DNA of 64,000 nt, taken from Octopus sinensis. Taxonomy: Eukaryota. Below the pieces are notes generated by a model. That model was not told the origin of the DNA, searched no databases, and saw nothing but the letters and a program-made list of their open reading frames with translations. The DNA lies in contig NC_043007.1 of NCBI RefSeq assembly GCF_006345805.1, positions 66,278,001 through 66,342,000 on the forward strand, read 5' to 3'. The position numbers and the translations under genes were made by a program. Positions 1 through 12,117 of the stretch are shown piece after piece (position 1 is the first letter of the stretch; every line of letters begins with the position of its first letter).

Positions 1-148
1 AAAAGGAGCCTAGTCGCTTATGCCAACCCGAGCGCTTAACTAGAATTTTTTCCATCGACACCGAAAGTAAAGTGGAATTCGGCGGAATTTGAATTCAAAA
101 TGTGAAGACGGGCGAAATGCCGCTAAGCATTTTGCCCTGCGTGCTAGC
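1..148 (-). mobile_element. Family A SINE, degraded partial copy
   Basis: Reverse complement of family A head and central region (gaatttgaattcaaaatgt...gaaatgccgctaagcattttgccc...gtgctagc). Confidence 0.65.
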
Positions 149-317
149 CGCTTTAATAACTATAACTATAATTATTTCATTTATTCGCTACTAGGGCTGA
201 CATTAAGGGGAAAATACAGTAGACGGGAACAGTGGGGTTTTTATACAAAAAAACAAGGAAGCAGTTAGGAAAACAATAACAATAATAACTAGACAAAAAA
301 AAACATAATAGTGGAGA

Positions 318-666
318 TGACTGCCCAGGGTTGGCTCAGGTACCTCACCAATCCTGAACCACTCGACGCTTCGAGGGTACTCGAGAAGGGTACACCTCTC
401 CTCAATTTCACCAGTCTACAATTGCATTATTAGAGTAGGTTCACTCACGCGGGCCATTTTCGCCCACCTTTCAGCAAATATACTGGAGAGCGTCACGTAT
501 CTCTCCACCCGAATATTCCTTCAAGAAGTGATAAGCGATTAGCCGAAGAGAAAAGCACCGGTCTTCAGTCCTTTCAACCTGGTCCACCATACAACCTCTT
601 TCTCTACTGCTACTAGACAGAGGAACATTGCCTGTCCTTCCTGGTCAAAGGAAGATGGCGGGTTAA
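318..666 (-). mobile_element. Tx1/L1-clade LINE ORF2 C-terminus and 3' end (fragment)
   Basis: With frameshifts, the minus strand reads FLCLVAV..KEVVWWTRLKGLKTGAFL...RNIRVERYV.LSSIFAERWAKMARV..., the typical L1/Tx1 ORF2 C-terminal pattern, followed by an A/T-rich tail. Confidence 0.55.
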
Positions 667-669
667 TCT

Positions 670-764
670 TCTCTTTTGCCGAACCGCTAAGTTACGGGGA
701 CGTAAACACACCAGCATCGGTTGTCAAGCGATGTTGGGGGGACAAACACGGACACACAAACACG

Positions 765-811
<47 letters not shown>

Positions 812-1044
812 ACACACACATATATCTATATATATATATATATTATATATCTATATATATATATATTATATATATATATAATATATATATACGACGGGCT
901 TCTTTCAGTTTCCGTCTACCAAATCCACTCACAAGGTTTTGGTCGGCCCGAAGCCATAGTAGAAGACACTTGCCCAAGGTGCCACGCAGTGGGACTGAAA
1001 CCGAACCATGTGGTTGCTACTTACCACAGAGCCACTCCTGCGCC
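670..1044 (-). mobile_element. CORE-type tRNA SINE (OR2-like, family B) with internal (CA)/(TA) microsatellite
   Basis: Minus strand starts ggcgcaggagtggc.., has a B-box-like ggtttcggtttcagtccc and a CORE-like ggcaccttgggcaagtgtctt, then aagcccgtcg-(TA)n(TG)n-tgtttgtccccc. It matches other copies in the window. Confidence 0.85.
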
Positions 1045-1094
1045 TTGCTGGCCTAGTGCCAAAATTTGAAACCATCATTATAAGCTGGGTTAGA

Positions 1095-1531
1095 GCGGCA
1101 AGCTGGCTGAAACGTTAGCACGCCGGGCGAAATGCTTAGCGGTATTTCGTCTGCGGCTACATTCTGAGTTCAAATTTCGCCGAGGTCGACTTTGCCTTTC
1201 ATCCTTTCGGGGTCGATTAAATAAGTACCAGTTACGCACTGGGTCAACGTAATCGACTTAATCCCTTTGTCTGCCCTTGTTTGTCCCCTCTATGTTTAGC
1301 TCATTGTGGGCAATAAAGAAATAAGAAACGTTAGCATGCCGGGCAAAATGCTTAGCAGCGTTTCGTCCCTTTTTACGTTCCGACTTCAAATATCCACCGA
1401 GGTTGACATTACCTTTCATCCTTTCAAAGTCGATAAAATAAGTACTAGTTGAGCACTGGGATCAATTTAATCGACTTACAGCCTTCCCCGAAATTGCCGG
1501 CCTTATGCCAAAAATATGAAACCATTATTAT
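1095..1531 (+). mobile_element. Family A SINE dimer (young A1 tail unit followed by older A2 tail copy)
   Basis: Head gcaagctggctgaaacgttagcacgccggg and central gaggtcgactttgcctttcatcctttcggggtcga. First unit ends ...gggcaataaagaaata and is joined directly to agaaacgttagc of a second copy ending ...gccaaaaatatgaaaccattatt. Confidence 0.85.
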
Positions 1532-2123
1532 TAATTAGATTCTTTTCTTGATAGAAGGGGTGAACAATGGATTTTTTTCCCTCAGGAATATTTGTAACGT
1601 AAATAAAAGCGAAGCAAATACAACAGGGAATCAAAACTAGCGGCCATAGTTTCGGTTCACTGGGTGCTTATCTCCATACAGTGACTGCCGGTATGTTCTT
1701 TTATTATTATTATTGCTTGATATTCTAAAGAATAAAAAAATATTAGATTAGATTCCGAATGAACAACGTGGGGAATTTATAATTTTATTTCTATTCCAAC
1801 CGTTGTTTTTATAATTAGTATTTTTGTGGGATTTATTTGTCTCGATAATGCAAGAAACTCTCTCAGAAATTCAGATTTTCATTTTCTTTTTTTTTCTTTT
1901 TCCTTTTGCTTTTATATATTTGCTTTAGTCGAAGAGAATTTTAAAACGTTTTTGTGTACATTCTCTTCCATACACGTACACATATACAAAAAATACACAT
2001 ATTTGCTACATACACATCCATATATGTATGTAAATCTTACATGTCTGCCTGACTGCATGCCTGCTGCCTGCCTGACTGCCTATCTTTCTGTCTGTTTCTG
2101 TTTCTCTCTCTCTGTATATACCA

Positions 2124-2190
2124 GGCCCAGGCATGGCTGTGTCGTAAGAAGCTTGGTTCACAACCACATGGAAACTGAAAGAAGCCCGTC

Positions 2191-2232
<42 letters not shown>

Positions 2233-2536
2233 ATGTGTGTGTGTGTGTGTGTGTATGTATGTACGTATATGTACATGTTTATATGTATGCGTGTGTGTGT
2301 GTGTGTATAAATTTGTGTGTTGCTGTCTGTATTGCCCCCCCCCCACTATCACTAACAACAGAAATTGGTGTATTTACGTCCCCGTAACATTTGCGATTCG
2401 GCAAAAGTGACCGATAGAATAAGTACCAGGCTTACAAAGAATACGTCCAGGGGGCGATTTCTTCGACTAAAAGGCGGTAACCCAGCATGGCCACAGTAAA
2501 AATGACAGAAAGAAGTAAAAGAATTGAAGAGTAAAA
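2124..2536 (+). mobile_element. OR2-like CORE SINE with internal deletion
   Basis: Head ggcccaggcatggctgtgtcgtaagaagc; junction aaccacatgg|aaactgaaagaagcccgtcg removes the CORE block; internal microsatellite; 3' tail ggcggtaacccagcatggccacag. Confidence 0.8.
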
Positions 2537-2598
2537 AAAACACACACACACATCATTCATTTATACGTATATAGGTACACATGAGTGTGTTTTTAAAG

Positions 2599-2665
<67 letters not shown>

Positions 2666-2890
2666 CGCGCGCGCGCACACATATTTTCGTGCATGCGTAT
2701 GTGTGTATGTGCGCATTTATGCAAGCGTCGCCGGCTAAAATGAGGCAATTTATTTTTTATATGCTCCATAACTCAGTAAACATTCATTAGAAGACGTTTT
2801 ATTAAAACAATAAAAATTATTCAAGCTATGAAAATGTGGTTTATTGGGGCCAAACCTCTGTTTGTGTATGCGTTTGTGAGTGTTTGTATA

Positions 2891-2944
<54 letters not shown>

Positions 2945-3282
2945 GCGTTCGCACGCGTATGTATCCCCAAGCAACATAAATATATAAATATATCTTTTCA
3001 TGTCAGTTGCTTGCTGTCATTTCTGCACAGCTGCCCCGAAGCCTTAGTGTCCTCCGTTAGTTGCTACGCGACACAGTGCCGGCACAGTGATGATAGCCAA
3101 CGCTCCATCACCGAACATCTCCGCCGCTGTCCAGATATCCTAATCCAACAGACAAATATGCATGCATTATTCGTATTTAGGAAACTATCTTCGTTGGGTT
3201 AAGTTAATTGTAGAGTTATAAGTAACAACAACAAAAACATCAACAACGACAACAACAACAGCAACAACGATAAAGCAACAAT

Positions 3283-3491
3283 CCTTTCTACTATAGGCAC
3301 AAGGCTTGAAATTTGGGGTAGGAGCTAGTGAATTACATCGAGCCCAGTTTTCGACTGGTAATTATTTTATCGATCTTGAAAGGAATGAGAGACAAAGTCG
3401 GCCACGCCGGAATTTGAATATGCAACGTAAAGACAAAGGAAATGCCGGTAAGTATTTCATTCGGCACAGTAACGATTCTACCATCTTGCCT
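3283..3491 (-). mobile_element. Family A SINE, old copy
   Basis: Diverged reverse complement of family A including the A2 tail (tttctactataggcacaaggcttgaaatttgggg). Confidence 0.7.
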
Positions 3492-3519
3492 CATTATTAT
3501 TATTATTAGTCGTAGCTAA

Positions 3520-3923
3520 GGCGGCGAGCTGGCAGAAACGTTAGCACGCCGGGCGAAATGCGTAACCGTATTTCGTCTGCCGTTACGTTCTCAGTTCAAA
3601 TTCAGCCGACGTCGACTTTGCCTTTCATCCTTTCGGGGTCGATAAATTAAGTACCAGTTACGCACTGGGGTCGATGTAATCGACTTAATCCGTTTGTCTG
3701 TCCTCGTTTGTCCTCTCTGGGTGTAGCCCCTTGTGGACAGTAAAGAAATAGGTATTTCGCCCGTCGCTACTTTCTGAGTTTATATTCCGCCGAGGTCGAC
3801 TTTGTCTTTCATCCTTTCGGGCACGATACATTAAGTACCAGTTGTGTACTGGGATCGATGTAATTGACTTAACCCCTCCCCCCATATTTCAGGCCTTGTG
3901 CCTATAGTAGAAATGGTTATTGT
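3520..3923 (+). mobile_element. Family A SINE dimer
   Basis: Head ggcggcgagctggcagaaacg; A1 unit ends taaagaaata at 3750; second unit restarts at ggtatttcg (3751) and ends with the A2 tail ggccttgtgcctatagtagaa. Confidence 0.85.
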
Positions 3924-3944
3924 TCTTAGCAGGTACCTTGCCTA

Positions 3945-4560
3945 CGAAGCCTCTTGTAGTATGTGTTGCCGACGATTTTAAAAGGTGAACAAATTATGCT
4001 ATCCTTTTCTACTAGTCTACTGATTACTCTATCAAGATACGACCTGTTGTCATCTGTCAGACATTGGAAACGTTTGGGTAAGTTTACGAGGCTTTTGCAC
4101 CTTGCTCTTCAAATAGCTAGCTTCACGCAATCTAAACGTGCGTCCAAGATGGCGTTCCAGTCACCCATCAGCACTAAAGGTCGAGACGTCCTCAGGAAAA
4201 TCTCTAGACGTCTGAAGAAATCTGGCTGCTCTATCCCTGTCGGGTATTGACAGCCACCAGCATCTCAGTCGTTACAGTTCCCGTCCAAGACTAAACACGT
4301 ACGTTCTGGGTCCAGTAAGATGGCCCTAAAATTGTGATCCAGACCTTTCCGGAACAACAATACAGGTTCCACCCACCATTCCCTGTTGACATAGAAATAA
4401 GTAAATCTTGTAGCCACCGAAAATGGACGTGAAAGCTTATTTATTGGAAAGTCTGGCCTCACTGATAGCCACGACATATATACTTAGTGACCTGAGGTCA
4501 TTGAGTAGATGGCCCCGTTTCCAAGGCGACCCTAGGCCTCCTACATATATACTGCCTTTT
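3945..4560 (-). pseudogene. Tx1/L1-clade LINE ORF2 apurinic-like endonuclease (APE) domain, degraded
   Basis: Minus-strand translation, across frameshifts, gives VGGLGSPWKRGHLLNDLRSLSIYVVAISEARL ... PDFFRRLEIFLRTSRPLVLMGDWNAILDARLD ... SYLDRVISRL. These are the APE motifs (N-terminal NVxGL-like, GDxN, SxxD). Confidence 0.8.
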
Positions 4561-4854
4561 CGGAACAACGCAAAGAGAAGGATAGAGGAGAGCATCACTA
4601 ACCCTATTTCTGTAGAGACACAGGTGTTCTGTCCATCTGGCTATTTATGGGTATCTCTATAAACATATCTTTGTAGAGTCTTTTAACTAACATCAAATCC
4701 TATTTATACTTCACTTAAGTTTAATAAATATATACTTGTTTATGTGTTTACATGAAAATACTTTTTCATTTCTCATGTTAATAAGGTTTCTTTTTCTTTT
4801 CATTATTTATAGTTTTCTTCTAAGCATAATCTACAGAATTTATCATTAATTTTG

Positions 4855-5075
4855 TAATTAAATGCTAAAAGGAGAATCTGGATAAACTGGGATTTTCAGA
4901 AAAAAAGTTACATTACAATTCCAATCTGTGAGTGGAACGGTAAAATATGCAAGACTTTTCTCAAGTTCTAAATTTGAATTTGTCTGTGTTAACTACATCC
5001 CAAAGATGGAGCCCTGTATCTTTGTTGGAAACCGGCCCCCTCCTCAGTGAAAGATTTATAATAATTAAAAAATAG
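4855..5075 (+). mobile_element. RLE-type (R2/R4/NeSL group) LINE 3' end fragment
   Basis: With a 1-nt gap it reads ..ENLDKLGFSEK..LQFQSVSGTVKICKTFLKF*. The 3' UTR (ggagccctgtatctttgttggaaaccgg) resembles that of the copy at 5455-6116. Confidence 0.65.
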
Positions 5076-5454
5076 AACACACACACACACACACATATAT
5101 ACACACGATGAGATTCCACACGATCTCTGCCTAACAAAAAATATAAAAAAAGACGAAATACAGCATAACAAAAACCTATGGCACACCACAAACTGACAAT
5201 ATCTAAATTGCTTATAAATTGCATTTTATGAATGAAATACTCATCAACAAGAAAACAGATGATCACGCAATTAAAATCCTCATAAAACATAACAGAGAAT
5301 GCATTACATCGCGCCGTAAATGAATACTAATCATATAATGCAACAAATAAACAAATAATGATATAATTAAACACCTACTTATCAGCAACAAACCACAAAC
5401 ACGTAAATCAAAGAAAAGACCACGATTGACTGGGAATGTATAAATTCAATTATA

Positions 5455-6116
5455 ATATATGTATATCATTATTCAGTTTATTTCAAGATTTCTTGCCGAC
5501 AGAAAAAAAGCCGGTTTCTAACCTAGATCCAAGGCTCTTTCATTGGAATTTCAACATCAACAAGGTATTTTTGTATGTATGTATGTATGTATGTATGTAT
5601 GTATGTATGTATGTATGTGTGTATGTGTGTATGTATGTATGTATGTATGTATGTATGTATGTATGTATGTATGTATGAATGTATGTATGAATGTATGTAT
5701 GTATGAATGTATGTATATATATGTGCAGATTTGTATGTTTTATGTATGTATTCTCATGCATATAGTTGCGTATCTAGACATATTCATATATATTTAAACT
5801 TCTGGAAAGACTTACAGATTTTTACAGTCCCAGTGATGGATTGCATCTGTAGTTCTGGAATTAACTTTCTCCTTTCTGGTTTTGAAATGCCTAATTTCTC
5901 AAGATTGGTATTTAGGCAGTGTGTTACATATCTTAGGGCCCCAATAATTACAGGTATAAACCTGAACTTGTAATTTGGTTAGAGTAACTGTAGATTTCTC
6001 AATAGTTCAGCATAGGTGTTCTCTTTTTCACTGATCTTCATTTTTATGTTAACATCCGCTGGAGAGTTAATTTGCACAACTGTGCACAGTTTTTCTTCTC
6101 TATCTCAATTCATTAT
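5455..6116 (-). mobile_element. RLE-type LINE 3' end (restriction-like endonuclease C-terminal region plus 3' UTR), interrupted by (TATG)n
   Basis: 5792-6116 minus: IMN*DREEKLCTVVQINSPADVNIKMKISEKENTYAELLRNLQLL*PNYKFRFIPVIIGALRYVTHCLNTNLEKLGISKPERRKLIPELQMQSITGTVKICKSFQKF, with two premature stops; fits the RLE pattern ..P.D....K..EK..Y. Confidence 0.75.
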
Positions 6117-6117
6117 A

Positions 6118-6297
6118 ACAGGGGTAGGAACAACAAGTAGGTGTAATAGTTTAACGCTCGGGAAAAATGGCAGTCTTTTACGTTTCGAGCCTACGCTCTT
6201 CGATAGAAAGGATTAACAGAAAAACTGTGGAGAGAGAATGAAAAAAAAAAAACGGAGAAAGAAAATGACGGTAAAAAGTCCACCATGGTGAAATGAC
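6118..6297 (-). mobile_element. Penelope-like pseudo-LTR fragment with HHR-like motif (6174-6210, core CTATCGA)
   Basis: Minus strand cttt-ctatcga-a-gagc-gtag-gctc-gaaa-cgta-aaaga; homologous to the pLTR at 15190-15485. Confidence 0.75.
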
Positions 6298-6529
6298 ATA
6301 TATATATATCTATATATATATATATACAGGATGTGATGGGAAATTGTCAGCACTTTTTAAATTTCGCTCATGCGCATTATTTATTTTGGATTTGGCCGAC
6401 TACACAGTATAATAGGGTCAGTTGAACATCGATTGCCAAATTTCACTTAACACTTCAACAGCGCTTTTCTCACGGTAAAACAATAGTTTTTCTGTGCATG
6501 ACATCAGTTTGACATTTCCTAGATGCCTT

Positions 6530-6798
6530 CGCTAAGCAGAATAATGTCTTTACCTCTCGCCAACCTCCGACAATCTCTCTCACCAACCTTCGACAATCTT
6601 TCTCGCCAACCTCTGAAAACCTCTCTTGTCAACCTCCAACAATCTTTCCCTCCTCCAGCTGACAGTTTTTTGTACTATTTCGTGACGGAAAATACATCTT
6701 TTGTGGCAGTTATAACGAAATAGCTTTCTTATATCAGAGTAATAAACGATGTTCAATAGAACATCTTTACTCCCGGGAATTACCGGGTAAAACAGCTA

Positions 6799-6799
<1 letters not shown>
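6530..6799 (+). mobile_element. Non-autonomous Helitron 3' portion with internal ~22-bp tandem repeats
   Basis: Hairpin CCCGG-gaatta-CCGGG (6772-6787), 8-nt spacer, CTAG (6796-6799), then T. Repeats of tctcgccaacctccgacaatct type at 6550-6645. The 5' end was not located. Confidence 0.6.
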
Positions 6800-6834
<35 letters not shown>

Positions 6835-6975
6835 CACGACTGACTTCTTTCAGTTTCCGTCTACCGGATCCACTAACAAAGCATTAGTCGAGCTGAGGCT
6901 ATAGTAGAGTACACTTTCCGAATTTGCGTCACATTGGGACTGAACCCGGAAGCAAACTCCTTACCATACAACCAA
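6835..6975 (-). mobile_element. OR2-like SINE 5' half, degraded
   Basis: cttctttcagtttccgtctacc...gggactgaacccgg matches family B. Confidence 0.7.
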
Positions 6976-7536
6976 ATATAGATAGATACATAAATAGATA
7001 GATAGATAGATAGATAGTAATACCTCACTTTAAGAGGACTTACTTTACGAGAACCTGGGTTCACGTGTGTCATTTTTCAAGTACGTGATCCAAATTTTGA
7101 ACGAAGTGCAAAAGTTTCTACTACCATAACAAATGCTTCTCTGTGCTACCGTGAAACTTATACAGAGTGAAAAAAAAGCTTCTTCTAAGCAAACAACTCT
7201 AGACCTTTTTAAAAATAAATCTACAAATCCGTCTACGAATGCTTGTGATGGCGTCTACAAGCGATGGTGTGCGCGAGTCTAATGTGAGTGAAAGTGATGC
7301 AAAAAACGATAATAATAATATTTTTTATTATAAATGATCTTGACACTCTTTTTACTTTACATAAAATATTCCTTGCATTCTCCTTTTCTTTTATTGTCAT
7401 TTGTTTACGAGTATTATAAATTTTCTAGATGAAATATTTTTCTGGGAATGAATTACGACTTATAACATTGCTACTATGGGAAATTATTGCTCTGCTCTAC
7501 AAGATTTCACTTTACGAGCGATCTCCATTACTGTAT

Positions 7537-7579
<43 letters not shown>

Positions 7580-7580
<1 letters not shown>

Positions 7581-8810
7581 CAGGCTGAGTAACGAGTAAA
7601 CAACGTTCATCACAATATATTTTAACTATGCGGAAATTTTACTCATCAAGGTAAGTACCATTACAATCAACATATTTTTGCCAACGAGTTACAAGATTGT
7701 TTATTCCAGTAATATTAAAAATCTGGACCTCTGGAGCTGATGAACTCTTTGAACGCACTTTCAGCACCAGTTTGGCTTTTTAACCGGTTTGGCTTTTTAA
7801 CTCCTTCTCTCGCGGGAAGCCATCAAGGTGCTTGAAATTGTGGTAGTCGGTAGGAGAAAGGTCTGGGGAATAAGCTGGGTGGGGAAAAACTTCATAACCA
7901 AGTTCCCTCAACTTCTGGAGCTTTATTAGTGAAACGTGTGGTCGAGCATTGACATAAAGAAGGACTGGCCCTCTTCTATTGACCAGTCTGAGACGCAGAA
8001 GTAGCAGTTTTTCGTTCATTTTCGCAATTTCATGGCAATATTTTCGTGCAGTAATGGTTTTTCCAGGTTTTAAGAAGTTATAGTGGATGAGTCCAGCAGT
8101 ACACCACCAAACAGTAACCATAAGCTTCATTGTGAAGAGCTCAGGTTTAGAGAAGGTTTTCGGTGCTTCATTTTGGTCCAAAAACTGCGAAGAACATTTT
8201 AATTTTTGTACAAAATCCTCTTTTCATCGCGTTACAATACGGTCGAGAAATGGATCGGTCAGGTTACAGAAAAGAAGAAGCGAGCGCGCATTTTCTAATT
8301 TTCATTAAAATCGTGTGGTACTAATTTGTCGAGCTTTCTTGATTTTCCGATCGCATGCAAATGGTTACTGGCAGTTTTCTAGCTAACTTGAAGTTCTTTT
8401 GCCAGGTCTCGAGTGGTTTTACATGATCTTTCTCAATGACGGTCTTTAATTGACAGTCATTGATGACAGATGGGCGTTCACTACATCTAAGACCTTCAAG
8501 GCTCATGTCTCCACTACGAAATCACCTAAACCATTTTCGAGCTGACCACTCACTGGTCATTTCCTCATCAAATGTTTCGTTGATATTGCGAGCAGTTTCA
8601 GCTGCTTTACGTCCTTTTTTGAAGTTGAATAGCAAAATTGCTCGAATATCGCGCTTTGACAGTTCCATTTTAGATGATTGTAACAACAAGGAAAAATACC
8701 AATGTTAATCTATTGATGCATTTGGGCAAGTCTATGTCTGTATTATCAGACAATTGTAAAGAAATGTTTTTAAAAAATCCAAAACGTTGCTTACTTTTTA
8801 CTCAACCTGA
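7580..8810 (-). mobile_element. Full-length but inactive mariner transposon (Hsmar1/SETMAR-like)
   Basis: 28-bp TIRs TCAGGCTGAGTAACGAGTAAACAACGTT / rc TCAGGTTGAGTAAAAAGTAAGCAACGTT (4 mismatches), TA on both flanks, 1231 bp. Confidence 0.92.
7639..8668 (-). pseudogene. mariner DD34D transposase pseudogene
   Basis: MELSKRDIRAILLFNFKKGRKAAETARNIN.. (HTH); ..KLMVTVWW..; YVNARPH (second catalytic D lost from HDNARPH); HPAYSPDLSPTDY; ends RWQKYVDCNGTYLDE*. Contains stops and frameshifts. Confidence 0.92.
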
Positions 8811-9434
8811 TACATATGTTACATAAAAAATAAATATATATGATACGGTAACAGCTCCGTATTTACAGATGATTGCCGTTTCTTTTTGCTTTTTCGTTGA
8901 CAATAGCAATACTGATTACTTTCCGTTCATGACCTCTCAGATGGCAATAGTGTCTCGCTGCAGATCTGCATAGCTATGCGCTTCCATATGGTTAACTTTG
9001 CACACATCACCACTCTTCCATCACTAAAAGACTTACTGTACATGGAATCACAAACCAGGTCACCATAAAGAGACATCTGTACATCATTAGATTACAGCAA
9101 TAAGTGCTTGCAGAGCACAAGTGCTACTTTCTGAGTCCCTGTAATTAGCATCTCGTGACAGGCCGGAACGAGATAACCAGATATCGTGTGAAACTGCAGG
9201 GTTTACATCAGTGTCTTTCTCCTTGAAGAATGATGTAAATATATGTAGTATCTAGGATTTACAGTATGGGATGGAGATAAACTATAACCGCGGATCCTGC
9301 CACAAGAATATGTGTATTTCATTGCTAATCTAAATGTTACTAGCCTAATGTTACTAACAGGAGCTTATAAAGCATCTTGCTCGGATTGATAATCCCTCAC
9401 TAATATATATATATATAATATATATATATATAAT

Positions 9435-10190
9435 ATAATTAATCAATATAGGGTGGCAAAAAAATTTTGTAGAATTTTTTTGCCACCAGCGGCCTAGTGG
9501 GAAAAAATTAAATAGTCAAAGACCATTTTTAAGTTCAACATCAACAATCAAGGAACGGCCATAATAGGCCATTCACCCACTAGAAATAACAGCCAAAGCT
9601 TCAACCGCAAATAAAAATCAATTCCGTAAACCAGGAGAAAATTTAAAAAACATTTACCCTGTAATTTCTTATACGATGCACCGTTTCATCTGCTGTTTAA
9701 TGGTAAACTAACCTGATTAAATTAAATTGACTATTTAATTTTTTCCCACTAGGCCGCTGGTGGCAAAAAAATTCTACAAAATTTTTTTGCCACCCTATAT
9801 TGATTAATTATGAATTTTCTGGTTAATTCCGTAATGGAATCGACGGCTTATATTTATTTGCTGCCGATAAATTTGGCGCGAGTGCGATGATTTGAAAATT
9901 TTAGGTCAGATATTGCCTTGGCAGGGTCGGAAATGCCTCGTGAAAATATCTGTTCCGACTTGGCTATTTCTTACTGAAGAATCTGAGGGCCTATGAAGAT
10001 TGGCTTGATTTAATTTAATCAGGTTAGTTTACCATTAAACAGCAGATGAAACGGTGCATCGTATAAGAAATTACAGGGTAAATGTTTTTTAAATTTTCTC
10101 CTGGTTTACGGAATTGATTTTTATTTGCGGTTGAAGCTTTGGCTGTTATTCTAGTGGGTGAATGGCCTATTATGGCCGTTCCTTGATTGT
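9435..10190. repeat. Interleaved near-perfect inverted repeats X-Y-X'-Z-Y' (probably PLE terminal-repeat derived)
   Basis: X 9435-9519 is the rc of 9727-9811 (85 bp). Y 9544-9727 is the rc of 10008-10190 (~183 bp, one indel seen). (TA)n on both flanks. Confidence 0.9.
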
Positions 10191-10210
10191 GATTATATAT
10201 ATATATATAT

Positions 10211-10257
<47 letters not shown>

Positions 10258-10472
10258 ACATATATATATATATATATATAATATATATATACATATACAT
10301 AACATATATATATATATGCATACACACACACATATATATATATGTAAGAATAAACTAGTCCTTACGTTTACTCTCTAACTGGTCAATTTCAAATCTCTTG
10401 AGCACTACGAAGTGTATTCTATACAGAGATTACCTACCTTTAATCTATCTATCTATCTATCTATCTATCATC

Positions 10473-10503
<31 letters not shown>

Positions 10504-10506
10504 CTA

Positions 10507-10545
<39 letters not shown>

Positions 10546-10559
10546 CCTTTCTCTCTCTC

Positions 10560-10598
<39 letters not shown>

Positions 10599-10609
10599 GC
10601 GCACATTCA

Positions 10610-10702
10610 TTTGGTGAGTGTTAAGAAGCTTGCTTCCCAACCACGCGTAGCACCTTGAACAAATGTCTTCCAGTATAACCTCGGGCCGACCAAAGCTTTG
10701 TA
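10610..10702 (+). mobile_element. OR2-like SINE 5' fragment
   Basis: gttaagaagcttgcttcccaaccac...gcaccttgaacaaatgtcttc...cctcgggccgaccaaagc. Confidence 0.65.
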
Positions 10703-10717
10703 TGTGTATTCGCATAT

Positions 10718-10780
<63 letters not shown>

Positions 10781-11683
10781 AAGAGAGAGAGAGAGAGGGA
10801 GAGAGAAAGCGAGGGAGAGAGAGGGGGAGAGAGAAGAGAAAGGTAGATAATATATACATATATACATATACATACACTCATACATATATATAAACACTTA
10901 TCCACAAACTTTTAAATATTTAAATATACGCAATTTAGCCACACATAAAGGGCACATTGATGTACACGCATACAAAACATAAATGAGAAATGAGGGGAAA
11001 AATAACCCTGCGGTTATGCTTGTACTTCCCCATGCCATTTCATTATCTCTAGGTTGTAGGGTAATTTGCTATCGATTTATAGATTTAGAATATTCATGGA
11101 ATATTTATTAAACCTATTATATTACTTGGTTTTGATTAACGCTTGAATAATCTACTGGTGCCTCTTCTCTTACTGCTTTATTACATTAGTGCTATTTTGA
11201 GTTTGGGGCTTCAAATGTCAAAATTAATTATACATTTCGTGCGTTATCTAGTTATGCTCATTACTCGATAAGTTATAAATACATACATACATTCATTCAT
11301 ATACAAAATGATTCCCTTCATACATACATAAACACAGACACAAACAAGCACTCATACACAAACAAACAGGCTTACTTACAGAAACACACATGCTATCGTA
11401 GTGTAAGAGTCATGAAACATATTGAACGCATATGTTACGCAGTGCAAGTACTCACCACTCTGGTCAAAGTGCATAGATCAGTATATTATATAAAATGCTA
11501 GCATTCTATTCACAGTTTCACCACGCGTTGGGCTGTTAACGTCTATGAAATATGGATTTTCCGGGCAGTCTTGAACAGCTCATTTCAACATAAAATTATG
11601 AGTAGAGTATCGGTTTTCATATCTTAAGGACATCCTCTACTGGCCCGTGAGCATACAAACTCATACATTATATACACACACAC

Positions 11684-11914
11684 GGCGAGCGAGCTGGCAG
11701 AAACGTTTGCACGTCGGGCGAAATGCTTAGCGGTATTTCGTCTGCCGTTACGTTGCGAGTTCAAATTACGCCGAGGTCGACTTTGCTTTTCATCCCTTTC
11801 GGGGTCGATAAATAAAGTACCAGTTGCGTACTGGGGTCGATGTAATCGACTTAATCCGTTTGTCTGTCCTTGTTTGTCCCCTCTATGTTTAGCCCCTTGT
11901 GGGTAGTAAAGAAA
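11684..11914 (+). mobile_element. Family A SINE, young monomer (A1 tail)
   Basis: Complete from head gcgagctggcagaaacg to tail gccccttgtgggtagtaaagaaata. Confidence 0.9.
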
Positions 11915-11940
11915 TATATATACACACACACGCGCGCGCG

Positions 11941-11999
<59 letters not shown>

Positions 12000-12117
12000 G
12001 GAGATGCAATGGCCCAGTGGTTAGGGCAGCATACGCCACAGAAACCGGGAAACCGGGCCCACGAGACTGGCTAAACTTGAAAAGGGGGGCATAAATAAAT
12101 AAATAATAATATATTAT

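Noticed and set aside
6326-6525. Possible Tc1-like transposon 5' end (tacaggatgtgatgggaaa..)
   Set aside because: No matching second TIR was found.
9961-10010. Hammerhead at CTGAAGA (9974-9980)
   Set aside because: No GAAA or NUH follows the stem, so it was not called as a ribozyme.
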